A stretch of 64,000 nucleotides of DNA from a virus (Duplodnaviria; Heunggongvirae; Uroviricota; Caudoviricetes). The notes under the pieces are model-generated. The model searched no databases, was not told where the DNA came from, and was given only the letters and a program-made list of their open reading frames with translations. Each line of letters starts with the position of its first letter. The first letter of the stretch is position 1. The DNA lies in IMG/VR virus record IMGVR_UViG_3300042514_001345. One strand, written 5' to 3'. Below, one piece after another: positions 8,732 to 17,633 of this stretch. The translations under genes and the position numbers were made by a program.

Positions 8732-9932
8732 TTTTAAAAGGTTTTGAGTGTGATGGGTATATTGAGTTCCAGATCATTTCGTTTAATTGATTTGAGTATG
8801 AATCTAATCTTTTAAAAAGAAATGACCTATTGGGGTTGTCTTTTATTTTTTCAGCAAATTCTTTTTTATCTATCAACTCTTTAAATTGATTTTCCACATC
8901 GGTTTTAATGGTGTCAAATTGATTTTGTAAATCTAGAATTGTGGTTTTAACCCAATTGTTAAATTCATCTGGGACTTTTTCAAGTAGTTCATCAAACGGT
9001 CTGTTATCTTTCAAATATTCCCAAATATCTCTATTTGATATGTTGGTTAAAATCCTATGAAGTCGTACATATTCGTCGCCTTTGATTTTCATTCGAAAAC
9101 CATTTTTAAAACGAATTACATATCCTTCTCTATCTTTCGATATTTCTTCTTTTAACAAGTCATACGATTCCCCCCATGTTTTGTATGTCATAACAACTTC
9201 AAATCCAGAATCTTGCGTCCAAAACAAACTACTATCGGGTATTTCTTCACCTGTTTCTGTATGGATACCACCGAGAACAACTAATTTTTCTTCACCTTTA
9301 TAATCAACAACAATTCTATTTTCGGGATAGATAATTTCAAACAAATATGTATTGTCTTTTCTCCATGCGCTGATGTCATGCCTATCAAGAATTTCTTTTC
9401 CTTTAATTGCTTGTGGTGAGGTAAATGATCCGCGAGTTGCTAATATCCACTCACCCTTTCTTTTTGGTGTTGGTTCGTAATATGGGTTATCGAAATCAGG
9501 TAAGTCATTCGGGTTAAAGAATTTTTCCATACCCGTTTCATAATTGTTATTAAACCAAATATTGTATCTTCTTTCATCCGTTAATTCTTCTTCATAATAA
9601 AAAAGAATACCTAAAGATCCATCCATCTTTTCATAAACAACATAATCTTCATTTGGTATGTCTTCAGGTTTATGTTCTTCGTAATTAAAAAATTTCTTAA
9701 ATGGTCTAGCGATTATCTCACCTTTTGAGTTGGTGACTAACCCGCGACATTGTATTGTAATATCATCCCATAACCTATCATATTGAACCTTTGGAGTATA
9801 ATTCCAAATGAACAAATCATATTTTGGGTGTTTTTGCTTTGAAAGCAAACCATTTTGAAAGTATGTCTCTAATTTTTCTAACACTAAGTTTTTTTGTTTT
9901 GGGGTTAACTGCTTTTGTAAACGATACAACAA
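8724..9932 (-). CDS. RNA ligase (T4 Rnl1-like)
   Basis: YEKMDGSLGILFY contains the nucleotidyltransferase motif I, KxDGSL, as in T4 RnlA (KEDGSL). Size is 402 aa, and a Pnk-like kinase gene lies adjacent. Confidence 0.6.
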   Translation of the reverse strand: MLYRLQKQLTPKQKNLVLEKLETYFQNGLLSKQKHPKYDLFIWNYTPKVQYDRLWDDITIQCRGLVTNSKGEIIARPFKKFFNYEEHKPEDIPNEDYVVYEKMDGSLGILFYYEEELTDERRYNIWFNNNYETGMEKFFNPNDLPDFDNPYYEPTPKRKGEWILATRGSFTSPQAIKGKEILDRHDISAWRKDNTYLFEIIYPENRIVVDYKGEEKLVVLGGIHTETGEEIPDSSLFWTQDSGFEVVMTYKTWGESYDLLKEEISKDREGYVIRFKNGFRMKIKGDEYVRLHRILTNISNRDIWEYLKDNRPFDELLEKVPDEFNNWVKTTILDLQNQFDTIKTDVENQFKELIDKKEFAEKIKDNPNRSFLFKRLDSYSNQLNEMIWNSIYPSHSKPFKND

Positions 9933-9943
9933 ACTTACTCATG

Positions 9944-10372
9944 TCATAATTGAATATCAAATCTACTTATCATTGATTGTAGTTTATTTTCTGGAACATT
10001 GTGAATATTAGAACTACCATGCCTATTTTCCACAATTAATGTGTGAACACGATAACGATATCTCTCAGCCATCTCAAAATACATCTTCATTTCCCATTCT
10101 TCTGTGAAAGTATTTGCAACAACAATTTTAGAAAATTCCATCCTCATTCTTTCAGCACATTTTAACTGGCAATCATTATGTGCTTCTTTTAATTTTGTTG
10201 CGTCAAAATTATAGTTACCCTTATCATCGATAAAGAAATTATCGGCAGATAACACATCCTGAATATTGGATTGATTGGTATGTAGTATTACATCCCCTAA
10301 TGTCGATTTACCGCTACCAGGAATGCCTCTAAGTAGGATTAAATCACCAATATATTTTTCTTCCATATCCAT
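9944..10372 (-). CDS. polynucleotide 5-prime kinase domain protein (T4 Pnk N-domain-like, P-loop)
   Basis: LLRGIPGSGKSTLG resembles T4 Pnk GCPGSGKSTWA. The 142-aa product corresponds to the kinase domain only. Confidence 0.55.
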   Translation of the reverse strand: MDMEEKYIGDLILLRGIPGSGKSTLGDVILHTNQSNIQDVLSADNFFIDDKGNYNFDATKLKEAHNDCQLKCAERMRMEFSKIVVANTFTEEWEMKMYFEMAERYRYRVHTLIVENRHGSSNIHNVPENKLQSMISRFDIQL

Positions 10373-10430
10373 TATTCTAAATTTTACACTAAAATAAATA
10401 TTTTGTTCAAAAAAAACAAAATATTATCCA

Positions 10431-10438
10431 TATAAATA
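10431..10438 (-). promoter_or_regulatory. TATTTATA upstream motif (minus strand)
   Basis: TATAAATA on the plus strand, 58 nt upstream of the Pnk-like gene start at 10372. Confidence 0.3.
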
Positions 10439-10440
10439 TA

Positions 10441-10465
10441 AAATGGGGGCAAAAAACCCCCATAT
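10441..10465 (-). terminator. terminator hairpin downstream of the SPFH gene
   Basis: Stem GGGGG / CCCCC with loop CAAAAAA. On the minus strand it is followed by a U-rich tract. Confidence 0.45.
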
Positions 10466-10488
10466 TATGAAATATTAATATTTTAACA

Positions 10489-11409
10489 CTATTGAATGTT
10501 TTTAAACATTTGGGGTACAGTACCATAAACTGGTAACTTACCATCCCATTTGTTGATGTATTCCAATTGTAATAATAACGGCGTCAAGGTTACTTGCTTC
10601 ATTCTATTTGATTCAGCTTCTGCTTTTGCTGACGTTAACATAGCTTGGGCATTACCCTCAGCAGTTGCCACTTTAATCTTAGCTTGTGCTTCCGCTGTTT
10701 TAACTTCATTCTCGGCTCTTAACGCCGCTTGAACCGCATTGTTCTTAGCTTCGATTGAACGCTTGAATGTTTCAGGGTAAATTAAATTTGACGTGAACTG
10801 ATTAATTGTAAATCCCTCTTTTAATAATTGCCCATCCAATAATCTACGAACTTCGATTTCAAATATTGCTCTATTAGAGATTAACTCATCCGCTGTGTAT
10901 TTGTTAGTGGCTAATCTGAACGCATCATAGACCGCTGTCTTTAAAAATCCCTCTTCAATGTCTTCTAGGGGTCTACGATATTTGGCGAAAATCGCCGGTA
11001 CTTTATCTCTTTGTACTGAATAGTTCATAATGGGCGACACATTAAATTCCGAACCATCCTTACTATTTACAATGAATGAATTCTCACCTTTATATTCTTT
11101 GTGTTGAATGAAAGTAGGAAACTCATAGATACGAGTGGTAATTGGATTATAGAATACCATACCTGTAACTGCGGTTACGTCATCCACACCTTTATTATCC
11201 CCATACTGATTAACTTTAACACCAACATGTCCAGCATCAATTCTCTCACATGAATTAAATAATACTACCAATAGGATAAATCCTAACACACCTGCACTAA
11301 TTGCTTTTATCATTTTTTTAATTTTTAATTGTTTTTGTAATCTTAATTCTTCTCTTTCTTTTTCTTGACGAGCATAACGGTCCTCAAAACTTTCATTATA
11401 AATTGCCAT
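10489..11409 (-). CDS. SPFH/band-7 (prohibitin/HflKC-like) membrane protein
   Basis: An N-terminal transmembrane segment is followed by an SPFH core and a C-terminal Ala/Glu-rich coiled coil (AEAQAKIKVATAEGNAQAMLTSAKAEAE). Confidence 0.65.
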   Translation of the reverse strand: MAIYNESFEDRYARQEKEREELRLQKQLKIKKMIKAISAGVLGFILLVVLFNSCERIDAGHVGVKVNQYGDNKGVDDVTAVTGMVFYNPITTRIYEFPTFIQHKEYKGENSFIVNSKDGSEFNVSPIMNYSVQRDKVPAIFAKYRRPLEDIEEGFLKTAVYDAFRLATNKYTADELISNRAIFEIEVRRLLDGQLLKEGFTINQFTSNLIYPETFKRSIEAKNNAVQAALRAENEVKTAEAQAKIKVATAEGNAQAMLTSAKAEAESNRMKQVTLTPLLLQLEYINKWDGKLPVYGTVPQMFKNIQ

Positions 11410-11410
11410 A

Positions 11411-11761
11411 TTATTTGTTTTTTATTTTTTTTCTTGTTTTTACAAATTTCTCTTCTGTTTTAACATCTGAAAATTGCTTTGGGTTTCGTTTCTTTTTAAT
11501 CACCTCTTCTTTTGGTATGTAATCTAGTTCAGTTTCTCCTGGTTCTAAATGCTCTGAATTAAAAAGGTTTTCAACTTTTAGTAGGTGAAAAAGTAAGACA
11601 AATACAAATACTGCAATTAAAAATGATAATACATTAAAAAATGTATTTGCGGCGGTTAGTCCTGGGTAGATGATATATTCGAATATTGCAACAACCCCTA
11701 TACCGCTAACAATAGGGATAACAATTTTCTTGTCGAATACTTTCTTTAATAGTTCTTTCAT
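11411..11761 (-). CDS. small membrane protein (possible NfeD-like partner of the SPFH protein)
   Basis: Two or three hydrophobic helices. It lies directly upstream of the SPFH gene and is co-directional with it. Confidence 0.35.
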   Translation of the reverse strand: MKELLKKVFDKKIVIPIVSGIGVVAIFEYIIYPGLTAANTFFNVLSFLIAVFVFVLLFHLLKVENLFNSEHLEPGETELDYIPKEEVIKKKRNPKQFSDVKTEEKFVKTRKKIKNK

Positions 11762-11790
11762 ATGACTAATATAATAAAAGAAAGTTGTAA

Positions 11791-11815
11791 AAAAAAATAA
11801 GGGCTACTAGAGCCC
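11791..11815 (-). terminator. terminator hairpin downstream of the lipoprotein gene
   Basis: Stem GGGCT / AGCCC with a 5-nt loop. On the minus strand it is followed by T9 (the A9 run on the plus strand). Confidence 0.5.
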
Positions 11816-11821
11816 TTAAAT

Positions 11822-12004
11822 TTATTTAACAGTTGTTACAGAATCTTTTCCAATTTCTGCTGTTGTTGAATCTGTTGCAGATACTGCTGTAGAATCTAGA
11901 TTAACCGACGTAGAGTCGGTTGTTTCAGTTGTGGTTGACCCTGAACCACATGCCGTTAATGCTAACATAGCACCAATAGCTAAAATCATTGTATATTTTT
12001 TCAT
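11822..12004 (-). CDS. small lipoprotein
   Basis: Signal peptide with lipobox (MLALTAC), then a Ser/Thr-rich mature part. Confidence 0.5.
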   Translation of the reverse strand: MKKYTMILAIGAMLALTACGSGSTTTETTDSTSVNLDSTAVSATDSTTAEIGKDSVTTVK

Positions 12005-12235
12005 AACAGTAAATATATGTAATTAATATCATAAAACAAAATAGAAATAAAAAACCCCAACTGGATGTCGGGGTTTAAGGTCGTTGCGTGGGTTCAACCC
12101 CACTATTAAAAAAACGAAAAGGTAATCGACAAAGAGTACCTCGAGAATATAAATATATAAAAAAACAGAAAAAGTCCACTTTTTTTTATTAATTTCAAGA
12201 AAAAAGTTTATTTTTGTGTTCTAAAAATAATAAAA

Positions 12236-13033
12236 ATGGAAAATCTGGTAAATATCGAGCGTCTAAGTGATTTATTATCAATACCTTCGGTAACATATGA
12301 CGAATGGGACATGGTTGAGTACCTATCAGAGTATTTTGATAAAAAGGGTTATGAGTATGGTGTGGATTCATATGGTAACATTTTTGTTACCAAGGGGACC
12401 GATGTAATAAAACCGTTGATTTGTGCTCACATAGACACCGTCCATAAAAAAACAAAAATCAACATAAAAGAAGAATGGTTACCTAGATTAAGTTGTTATG
12501 GTCAAGTATACCCATACGATGAAAACGTTTTATGTTTAAAGGGTTATGATGATAATGGTGAAGAAACTGGTTGTGGTGGTGATGATAAGTGTGGTGTATA
12601 TGTTTGTTTAGAAATATTGGATCGTGTTGATAATATCAAACTAGCGTTCTTTGTTTCAGAAGAAACAGGTTGTATTGGTTCTAGTAATTGTGAACCAGAG
12701 TTTTTTGAAAATACAAAGTTCGTATTATCCTACGATGCTCCCGGAAATCAATTGGTTACCGAAATTTGTAACGGTGTTAGAATATTTGATAGGGAAAGTG
12801 ATTTCTTTAAAGTTGTTTCAAAAACATTTGAGGAGATTGATTATAAACCATTATATGGTAGTCATCCCTACACAGACATTTATATGATGAAAAAACGATT
12901 TGATATTGATGGGGTAAATTTATCTTGTGGATATTATAATATGCACAGAAAATCAGAATATGTCTGTGTCGACGACGTTGCTAAAGCCATCGACACAGGG
13001 CTTAAATTACTCACTAACCTTTCCAACAACTAA
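12236..13033 (+). CDS. M20/M42-family metallopeptidase-like protein
   Basis: CAHIDTV (HxD), GYDDNGEE..GGDDKCG (DDK) and FVSEETGCIGS (EE) are arranged like the M20 metal-binding motifs. Confidence 0.5.
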   Translation: MENLVNIERLSDLLSIPSVTYDEWDMVEYLSEYFDKKGYEYGVDSYGNIFVTKGTDVIKPLICAHIDTVHKKTKINIKEEWLPRLSCYGQVYPYDENVLCLKGYDDNGEETGCGGDDKCGVYVCLEILDRVDNIKLAFFVSEETGCIGSSNCEPEFFENTKFVLSYDAPGNQLVTEICNGVRIFDRESDFFKVVSKTFEEIDYKPLYGSHPYTDIYMMKKRFDIDGVNLSCGYYNMHRKSEYVCVDDVAKAIDTGLKLLTNLSNN

Positions 13034-15037
13034 TTTAAGAATTAGTTTATCTTCTTTGAATATTATTTTGTAATTTTTATTCTCTTTAATGGTGCCTTTT
13101 AATATTTCATCACTAAGGAAATCTTCACATAGTGATTGAATTATTCTTTTGATTGGTCTAGCACCATATTCTTGTTGTTTATTTCTGTTGAAAATTTCAT
13201 CAATAACAGTTGAATCAAATTTAATTGAATAACTTTTCTCAATTAATCTTTTTGTCAACTTTTCCATTTCTAATGTAATAATTGATTTAAGTGCTGTTTC
13301 ATCTAACGGATTAAATAAAACAATATCATCAATTCTATTTAGGAATTCTGGGTTAAATTGTTGTTTCAATGATTTTTGAATCATAGTTCTTTTAACCTCA
13401 TATGATTGTTGTTCGCTAGATGCTGTAGAGAATCCAATTCCTGCACCAAATTCGGAAACTCTTTTAGCCCCAATATTTGAGGTCATAATAATCAACGTGT
13501 TGGTAAAATTTATTTTTCTACCAAAAGAATCTGTAACGTGTCCTTCATCCAATATTTGAAGTAAAATGTTAAACACATCTTTGTGTGCTTTTTCAATTTC
13601 ATCAAATAGAATCACCGAGAATGGATTGTTTTTAACCTTTTCAGTTAATTGCCCACCCTCATCATAACCAACATATCCTGGAGGCGCACCAACTAATCTT
13701 GATACTGTGTGTTTTTCCATAAACTCACTCATATCAATTCTAATAACATTGTCCGCTGAACCAAATATTAATTCAGCCAAAGTTTTGGCTAGATATGTTT
13801 TACCCACACCAGTTGATCCCATAAAAATGAATGAACCAATAGGTTTTTGTGTTTCTTTAATCCCAACACGATTTCTTCTAATGGCTTTGGATATACTAGC
13901 TAGAGCTTCTGATTGACCAATAACTTTTTCACCTAATCTTTTTTCAAGGTTAATTAAATTTTCAGTTTCTTTGCGGTCTAATCTAGTAATTGGAACACCG
14001 GCCATTGATGTGATCATTTCATAAACATCATCAATACTAATCGGTATTTTATTATTTTTTTCGTTGTCTGCCCATATTGCTTTTTCGCTATTTAAACGAT
14101 TAATAACTTTTCTTTCTTCATCTCTTAGTTTTGCGGCTTGCTCATAATTTTGAGTACGAACAACTTCGAGTTTTTTTTCTTTAATAACTTCGGCATCCTT
14201 TTTTAATTTCTCAATAATTTCTGGAACCTCAATTACTACTCTTTTTTCCGAACCTAATTCATCTAGAACGTCAATTGCTTTGTCTGGGAATTGTCTATCT
14301 GTCATATAACGACCAGCAAGTTTGACCGCAATTTCAATCACACCTTCACCATAAGAAACTCTGTGATAGTCCTCATATGATTGCTTTAGATTTTTTAAAA
14401 TCTCTATTGTTTCCGTTTCTGTTGGTTCTTTTAATATGATTTTCTGGAATCTTCTAACCAAAGCACCATCCTTTTCAATGTGTTTTTTAAACTCATCAAA
14501 AGTTGTGGCACCAATACATTGAATTTCACCTCTAGCTAATGCTGGCTTTAAGATATTTGCAGCATCCATTGCTCCAGAAGCGTTACCAGCACCAACCATT
14601 GTATGTAATTCATCTATGAAAAGAATTACGTTGGGGTTTTCGGCTAATTCGTGTATAATAGCTTTAATCCTTTCTTCAAATTGACCTCGATATTTTGTAC
14701 CAGCAACTAATGAAGTTAAATCTAAGGAAACCAGTCGTTTATCCAATAAATTGGTTGGACAATTACCTTTAACAATCATTAACGCTAATTTCTCAACAAG
14801 TGCAGATTTTCCAACACCCGCATCACCAACAATGACCGCGTTGTTTTTTTTCTTTCTCGAAAGAATTTGTGCAATTCTTTTTACTTCCTTGTCTCTACCA
14901 ACGACCGGATCTATTTTATTATCCTCGGCTAGTTTGTTTAGATCCCTTGAAAAATTATCAAGAATTGGCGTTGTGGAGGAACTTTTTCTGTTCCTAGGGT
15001 TGGTTTTTGGACCGTCTTCAAAAAAATCTACTGACAT
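13007..15037 (-). CDS. ClpA/ClpC-like two-domain AAA+ unfoldase without an N-domain
   Basis: Two Walker A motifs (GDAGVGKSA, GSTGVGKTY), a UVR-like linker between D1 and D2, and an IGF tripeptide (GAGIGFSTASS) after sensor-1 of D2. Confidence 0.85.
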   Translation of the reverse strand: MSVDFFEDGPKTNPRNRKSSSTTPILDNFSRDLNKLAEDNKIDPVVGRDKEVKRIAQILSRKKKNNAVIVGDAGVGKSALVEKLALMIVKGNCPTNLLDKRLVSLDLTSLVAGTKYRGQFEERIKAIIHELAENPNVILFIDELHTMVGAGNASGAMDAANILKPALARGEIQCIGATTFDEFKKHIEKDGALVRRFQKIILKEPTETETIEILKNLKQSYEDYHRVSYGEGVIEIAVKLAGRYMTDRQFPDKAIDVLDELGSEKRVVIEVPEIIEKLKKDAEVIKEKKLEVVRTQNYEQAAKLRDEERKVINRLNSEKAIWADNEKNNKIPISIDDVYEMITSMAGVPITRLDRKETENLINLEKRLGEKVIGQSEALASISKAIRRNRVGIKETQKPIGSFIFMGSTGVGKTYLAKTLAELIFGSADNVIRIDMSEFMEKHTVSRLVGAPPGYVGYDEGGQLTEKVKNNPFSVILFDEIEKAHKDVFNILLQILDEGHVTDSFGRKINFTNTLIIMTSNIGAKRVSEFGAGIGFSTASSEQQSYEVKRTMIQKSLKQQFNPEFLNRIDDIVLFNPLDETALKSIITLEMEKLTKRLIEKSYSIKFDSTVIDEIFNRNKQQEYGARPIKRIIQSLCEDFLSDEILKGTIKENKNYKIIFKEDKLILKLVVGKVSE

Positions 15038-15194
15038 ATGCTAATTGTTCTTTTAACAAACATAACATATTTCATCGTAAAAAAAAAATAAACGTCAAAA
15101 TGTCTAAAAAAATGTCTAACCAAGAAGGGACTATTTTCCTAGATTAGGATTTTGTTTTATGGATTTTTATATTTAAATTATAGGAAAAAACATT

Positions 15195-15440
15195 ATGGCT
15201 ATAATTTCAGAAAGAATTGAAGGTAAAATCATCACTGTTGACATTAATTCAACAAATATAAAATCCGCAAGTTATGATACCGAAAGTCAGGTATTAATAG
15301 TTAATTTTAATAATGGAGGTATTTATGAATACCAAAGCGTTCCTTGGGAATTGTTTGCGAAATTTCGTATGTCAGATTCTCAGGGGAAGTATCTTAACCA
15401 GCATGTTAAGGGGAAATATTCACATACTAAAATTAAATGA
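15195..15440 (+). CDS. KTSC-domain protein
   Basis: The pattern V.S.....SYD.....L.V.F..GG.YEY..VP...F..F fits the KTSC domain. Confidence 0.6.
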   Translation: MAIISERIEGKIITVDINSTNIKSASYDTESQVLIVNFNNGGIYEYQSVPWELFAKFRMSDSQGKYLNQHVKGKYSHTKIK

Positions 15441-16234
15441 GAAAGAAAACATTAATTGAAGAACTGATTGAGGTTTCAGACCCAGAACTTGATGATAAGA
15501 TTGTAAAATCGTTTCATAAGAAAACTGAACTATCTTCAGATATTTTTGAGAAAAATGATTATGGTTATACCATGAATAAAGGTGTTAGAGAAAAACTAAT
15601 GTTAATTTCTGATGCCTTTTTAGATTTTGTGAAGATTAATTTTTTTGTTCATGACGTTGTTTTGACCGGCTCGTTGGCAAATTATAACTGGTCAGAGTTT
15701 TCTGACATTGATTTACACATTGTAGTTGATTTCGATGAATTGGGTAAAGATGCTGAAAAAACATCTGATTCATTAAAAGATATTGTAAAAGAATTTTTTG
15801 ACGCTAAAGAAAGGGTTTGGAACAACAGACACGATATTAAAATTAAAGGTTACGATGTTGAAATCTATGTTCAAGAAATTAATCAGGAGCACGTATCCTC
15901 TGGGGTATATTCTATATTAAATAATAAATGGATTGTCGAACCAGAATATGGGAAAGAATCTATTGATGAAGATAAAATACTAAAAAAAGCAGAATATTTT
16001 GTAAGTACCATCGATAAACTAGTCGAAAATGCAAATAATGGCGAAGACGTTGAAAGCCAAGTTGAGAAGTTAAGATTAAAATTGAAACGTTTTAGACAAA
16101 GTGGCTTAGATGATGGTGGTGAGTACTCATACGAGAACCTTACTTTCAAATTATTAAGAAGAAATGGGTACATTGAAAAACTATTGGGACTTAAAAAGAA
16201 ACTTATAGATAAGAAATTATCTGTGGAGTATTAA
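15437..16234 (+). CDS. Pol-beta-superfamily minimal nucleotidyltransferase
   Basis: LTGSLANYNWSEFSDIDLHIVVD matches the G[SG]x9-13Dh[DE]h NTase signature. Start overlaps the KTSC gene stop (ATGA). Confidence 0.55.
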   Translation: MRKKTLIEELIEVSDPELDDKIVKSFHKKTELSSDIFEKNDYGYTMNKGVREKLMLISDAFLDFVKINFFVHDVVLTGSLANYNWSEFSDIDLHIVVDFDELGKDAEKTSDSLKDIVKEFFDAKERVWNNRHDIKIKGYDVEIYVQEINQEHVSSGVYSILNNKWIVEPEYGKESIDEDKILKKAEYFVSTIDKLVENANNGEDVESQVEKLRLKLKRFRQSGLDDGGEYSYENLTFKLLRRNGYIEKLLGLKKKLIDKKLSVEY

Positions 16235-16262
16235 TAACCTCAATTTTTTTCCATTTCTTTTG

Positions 16263-16270
16263 TATTTATA
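16263..16270 (+). promoter_or_regulatory. TATTTATA upstream motif (candidate late-promoter element)
   Basis: Exact 8-mer, 34 nt upstream of the ATG at 16305. Confidence 0.35.
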
Positions 16271-16304
16271 GGATAAGAATAAGATTATATATAATTTATA
16301 AAAA

Positions 16305-17630
16305 ATGGGAGATATAAAACCTCTAGGTAGCGAAAAGTTGCAAGGTTCTGACAAAATGAAAAGAATTCTTGAACTTACATATTACCACGAAAACAAGAAT
16401 AACCCCAAGTCAACCACTAAATCGGAACTTGTTAAGGAAAGCACTAATGGTGTTTACGGTATCATCAAAGAAAGAGATGGTTACTACGTAAAGAAAGGTC
16501 TAACTGAATCTACCCTTGATTATATTGGTGGTATGTTCATGAAGAATAAAAATAGATTTAATTCATATGCTGAAGCATTGAAAAGATTGGAATTATTAAG
16601 TTCACAAGAGATTCAAGAAGAAGCAACAAAATATGTATTAAAACAAAATACACAAAAAACTGAGGCACCTAAACCAGCTCCAACATTCCCAGAACCAGCA
16701 TCATCTGCACCGGCTCCAGCACCTGCTCCTGCACCATCTGCTGCGCCAGAAGATATGGGTGGGGCGCCAGAGGACATGGGTGGAATGCCAGAAGATATGG
16801 ACGCAGCGCCAGAAGATATGGGTGGTGAAGAACCAACAGATACACCAGAAGGTGGTGACGGCGGTCCTGAACACATGAAAGAAGTACAGAGATTAAGTGG
16901 TAAACTTGGACAAGCAATTAGAGAAATCGAAGATGAAATGGAGAGTGATGACGTAAAATACGTTATTAATATGATTTTGTCTGCTGTTGATATTGAAAAA
17001 TTATCTGAAGAAGATAAAGAAGCAATAATTGATAGATTTGAGCCAGAAGAAAGTTTTGATGATGCTTATACCCCAGAAGAACCAGAAAGTGGGGAAGATG
17101 CTGGTGCGGAACCAAGCGCTGAAGATGAACCAACTGATGAATTAGCTGAAACAATGAAAAAATTGGAAGAGTTAATTAACACTAAGATTGGTGGTAAAAA
17201 AACACCAGAAAAAGCTATAGAAAGTGAAATTGATGAGATGTTTTTCTTTGACGACGAAGAATCATCAAATGAAATGCCAGGTGAAGAATCTTCAAGATCT
17301 GGTTTCCACGCGTCAAAACAAGTTGAAAGACCATCTAGATTAGCTAAAAGCATGAAAACTGGTATTGGTTGGTTAGATGACAAAGCAAAACATTATAAAG
17401 AAGATGATTTCAATTCGGATGATTATGATGAAGAAGATTTTGATGATTATGAAAGTTTTTCAGCAAAGCATGGCGACACATCATTAGATATACGTGATAA
17501 AAAATATTTTAATCACTATAAACCAATGAAAATTAAAACATTGAGAAAATATGATCAAACAGATATTACACCAGAATTAGGTGACATAAATGAAGCGATC
17601 AACACGACATTAAGCAAATACTTTGAATAA
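16305..17630 (+). CDS. acidic low-complexity protein with four APEDMGG repeats
   Basis: Contains APAPAPAP followed by four APEDMGG-type repeats and D/E-rich segments. Confidence 0.5.
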   Translation: MGDIKPLGSEKLQGSDKMKRILELTYYHENKNNPKSTTKSELVKESTNGVYGIIKERDGYYVKKGLTESTLDYIGGMFMKNKNRFNSYAEALKRLELLSSQEIQEEATKYVLKQNTQKTEAPKPAPTFPEPASSAPAPAPAPAPSAAPEDMGGAPEDMGGMPEDMDAAPEDMGGEEPTDTPEGGDGGPEHMKEVQRLSGKLGQAIREIEDEMESDDVKYVINMILSAVDIEKLSEEDKEAIIDRFEPEESFDDAYTPEEPESGEDAGAEPSAEDEPTDELAETMKKLEELINTKIGGKKTPEKAIESEIDEMFFFDDEESSNEMPGEESSRSGFHASKQVERPSRLAKSMKTGIGWLDDKAKHYKEDDFNSDDYDEEDFDDYESFSAKHGDTSLDIRDKKYFNHYKPMKIKTLRKYDQTDITPELGDINEAINTTLSKYFE

Positions 17631-17633
17631 ACG

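Noticed and set aside
12050-12110. GC-rich hairpins (AAACCCC-n11-GGGGTTT and GTGGG-TTCAAC-CCCAC) in the 12005-12235 intergenic region, the second resembling a tRNA T-arm
   Set aside because: The T-arm-like hairpin has a 6-nt loop rather than 7. No matching acceptor stem (the 5-prime complement of TATTAAA) or anticodon arm of correct geometry could be found. It is more likely a structured element in a divergent promoter region. A tRNAscan or Infernal run would settle it.
16613-17383. Four minus-strand ORFs (16613-16876, 16669-16917, 16966-17154, 17066-17383) inside the acidic repeat gene
   Set aside because: They are antisense frames of low-complexity GAA/GAT/CCA repeat DNA. They have no independent start context and are fully nested in a well-supported plus-strand gene.
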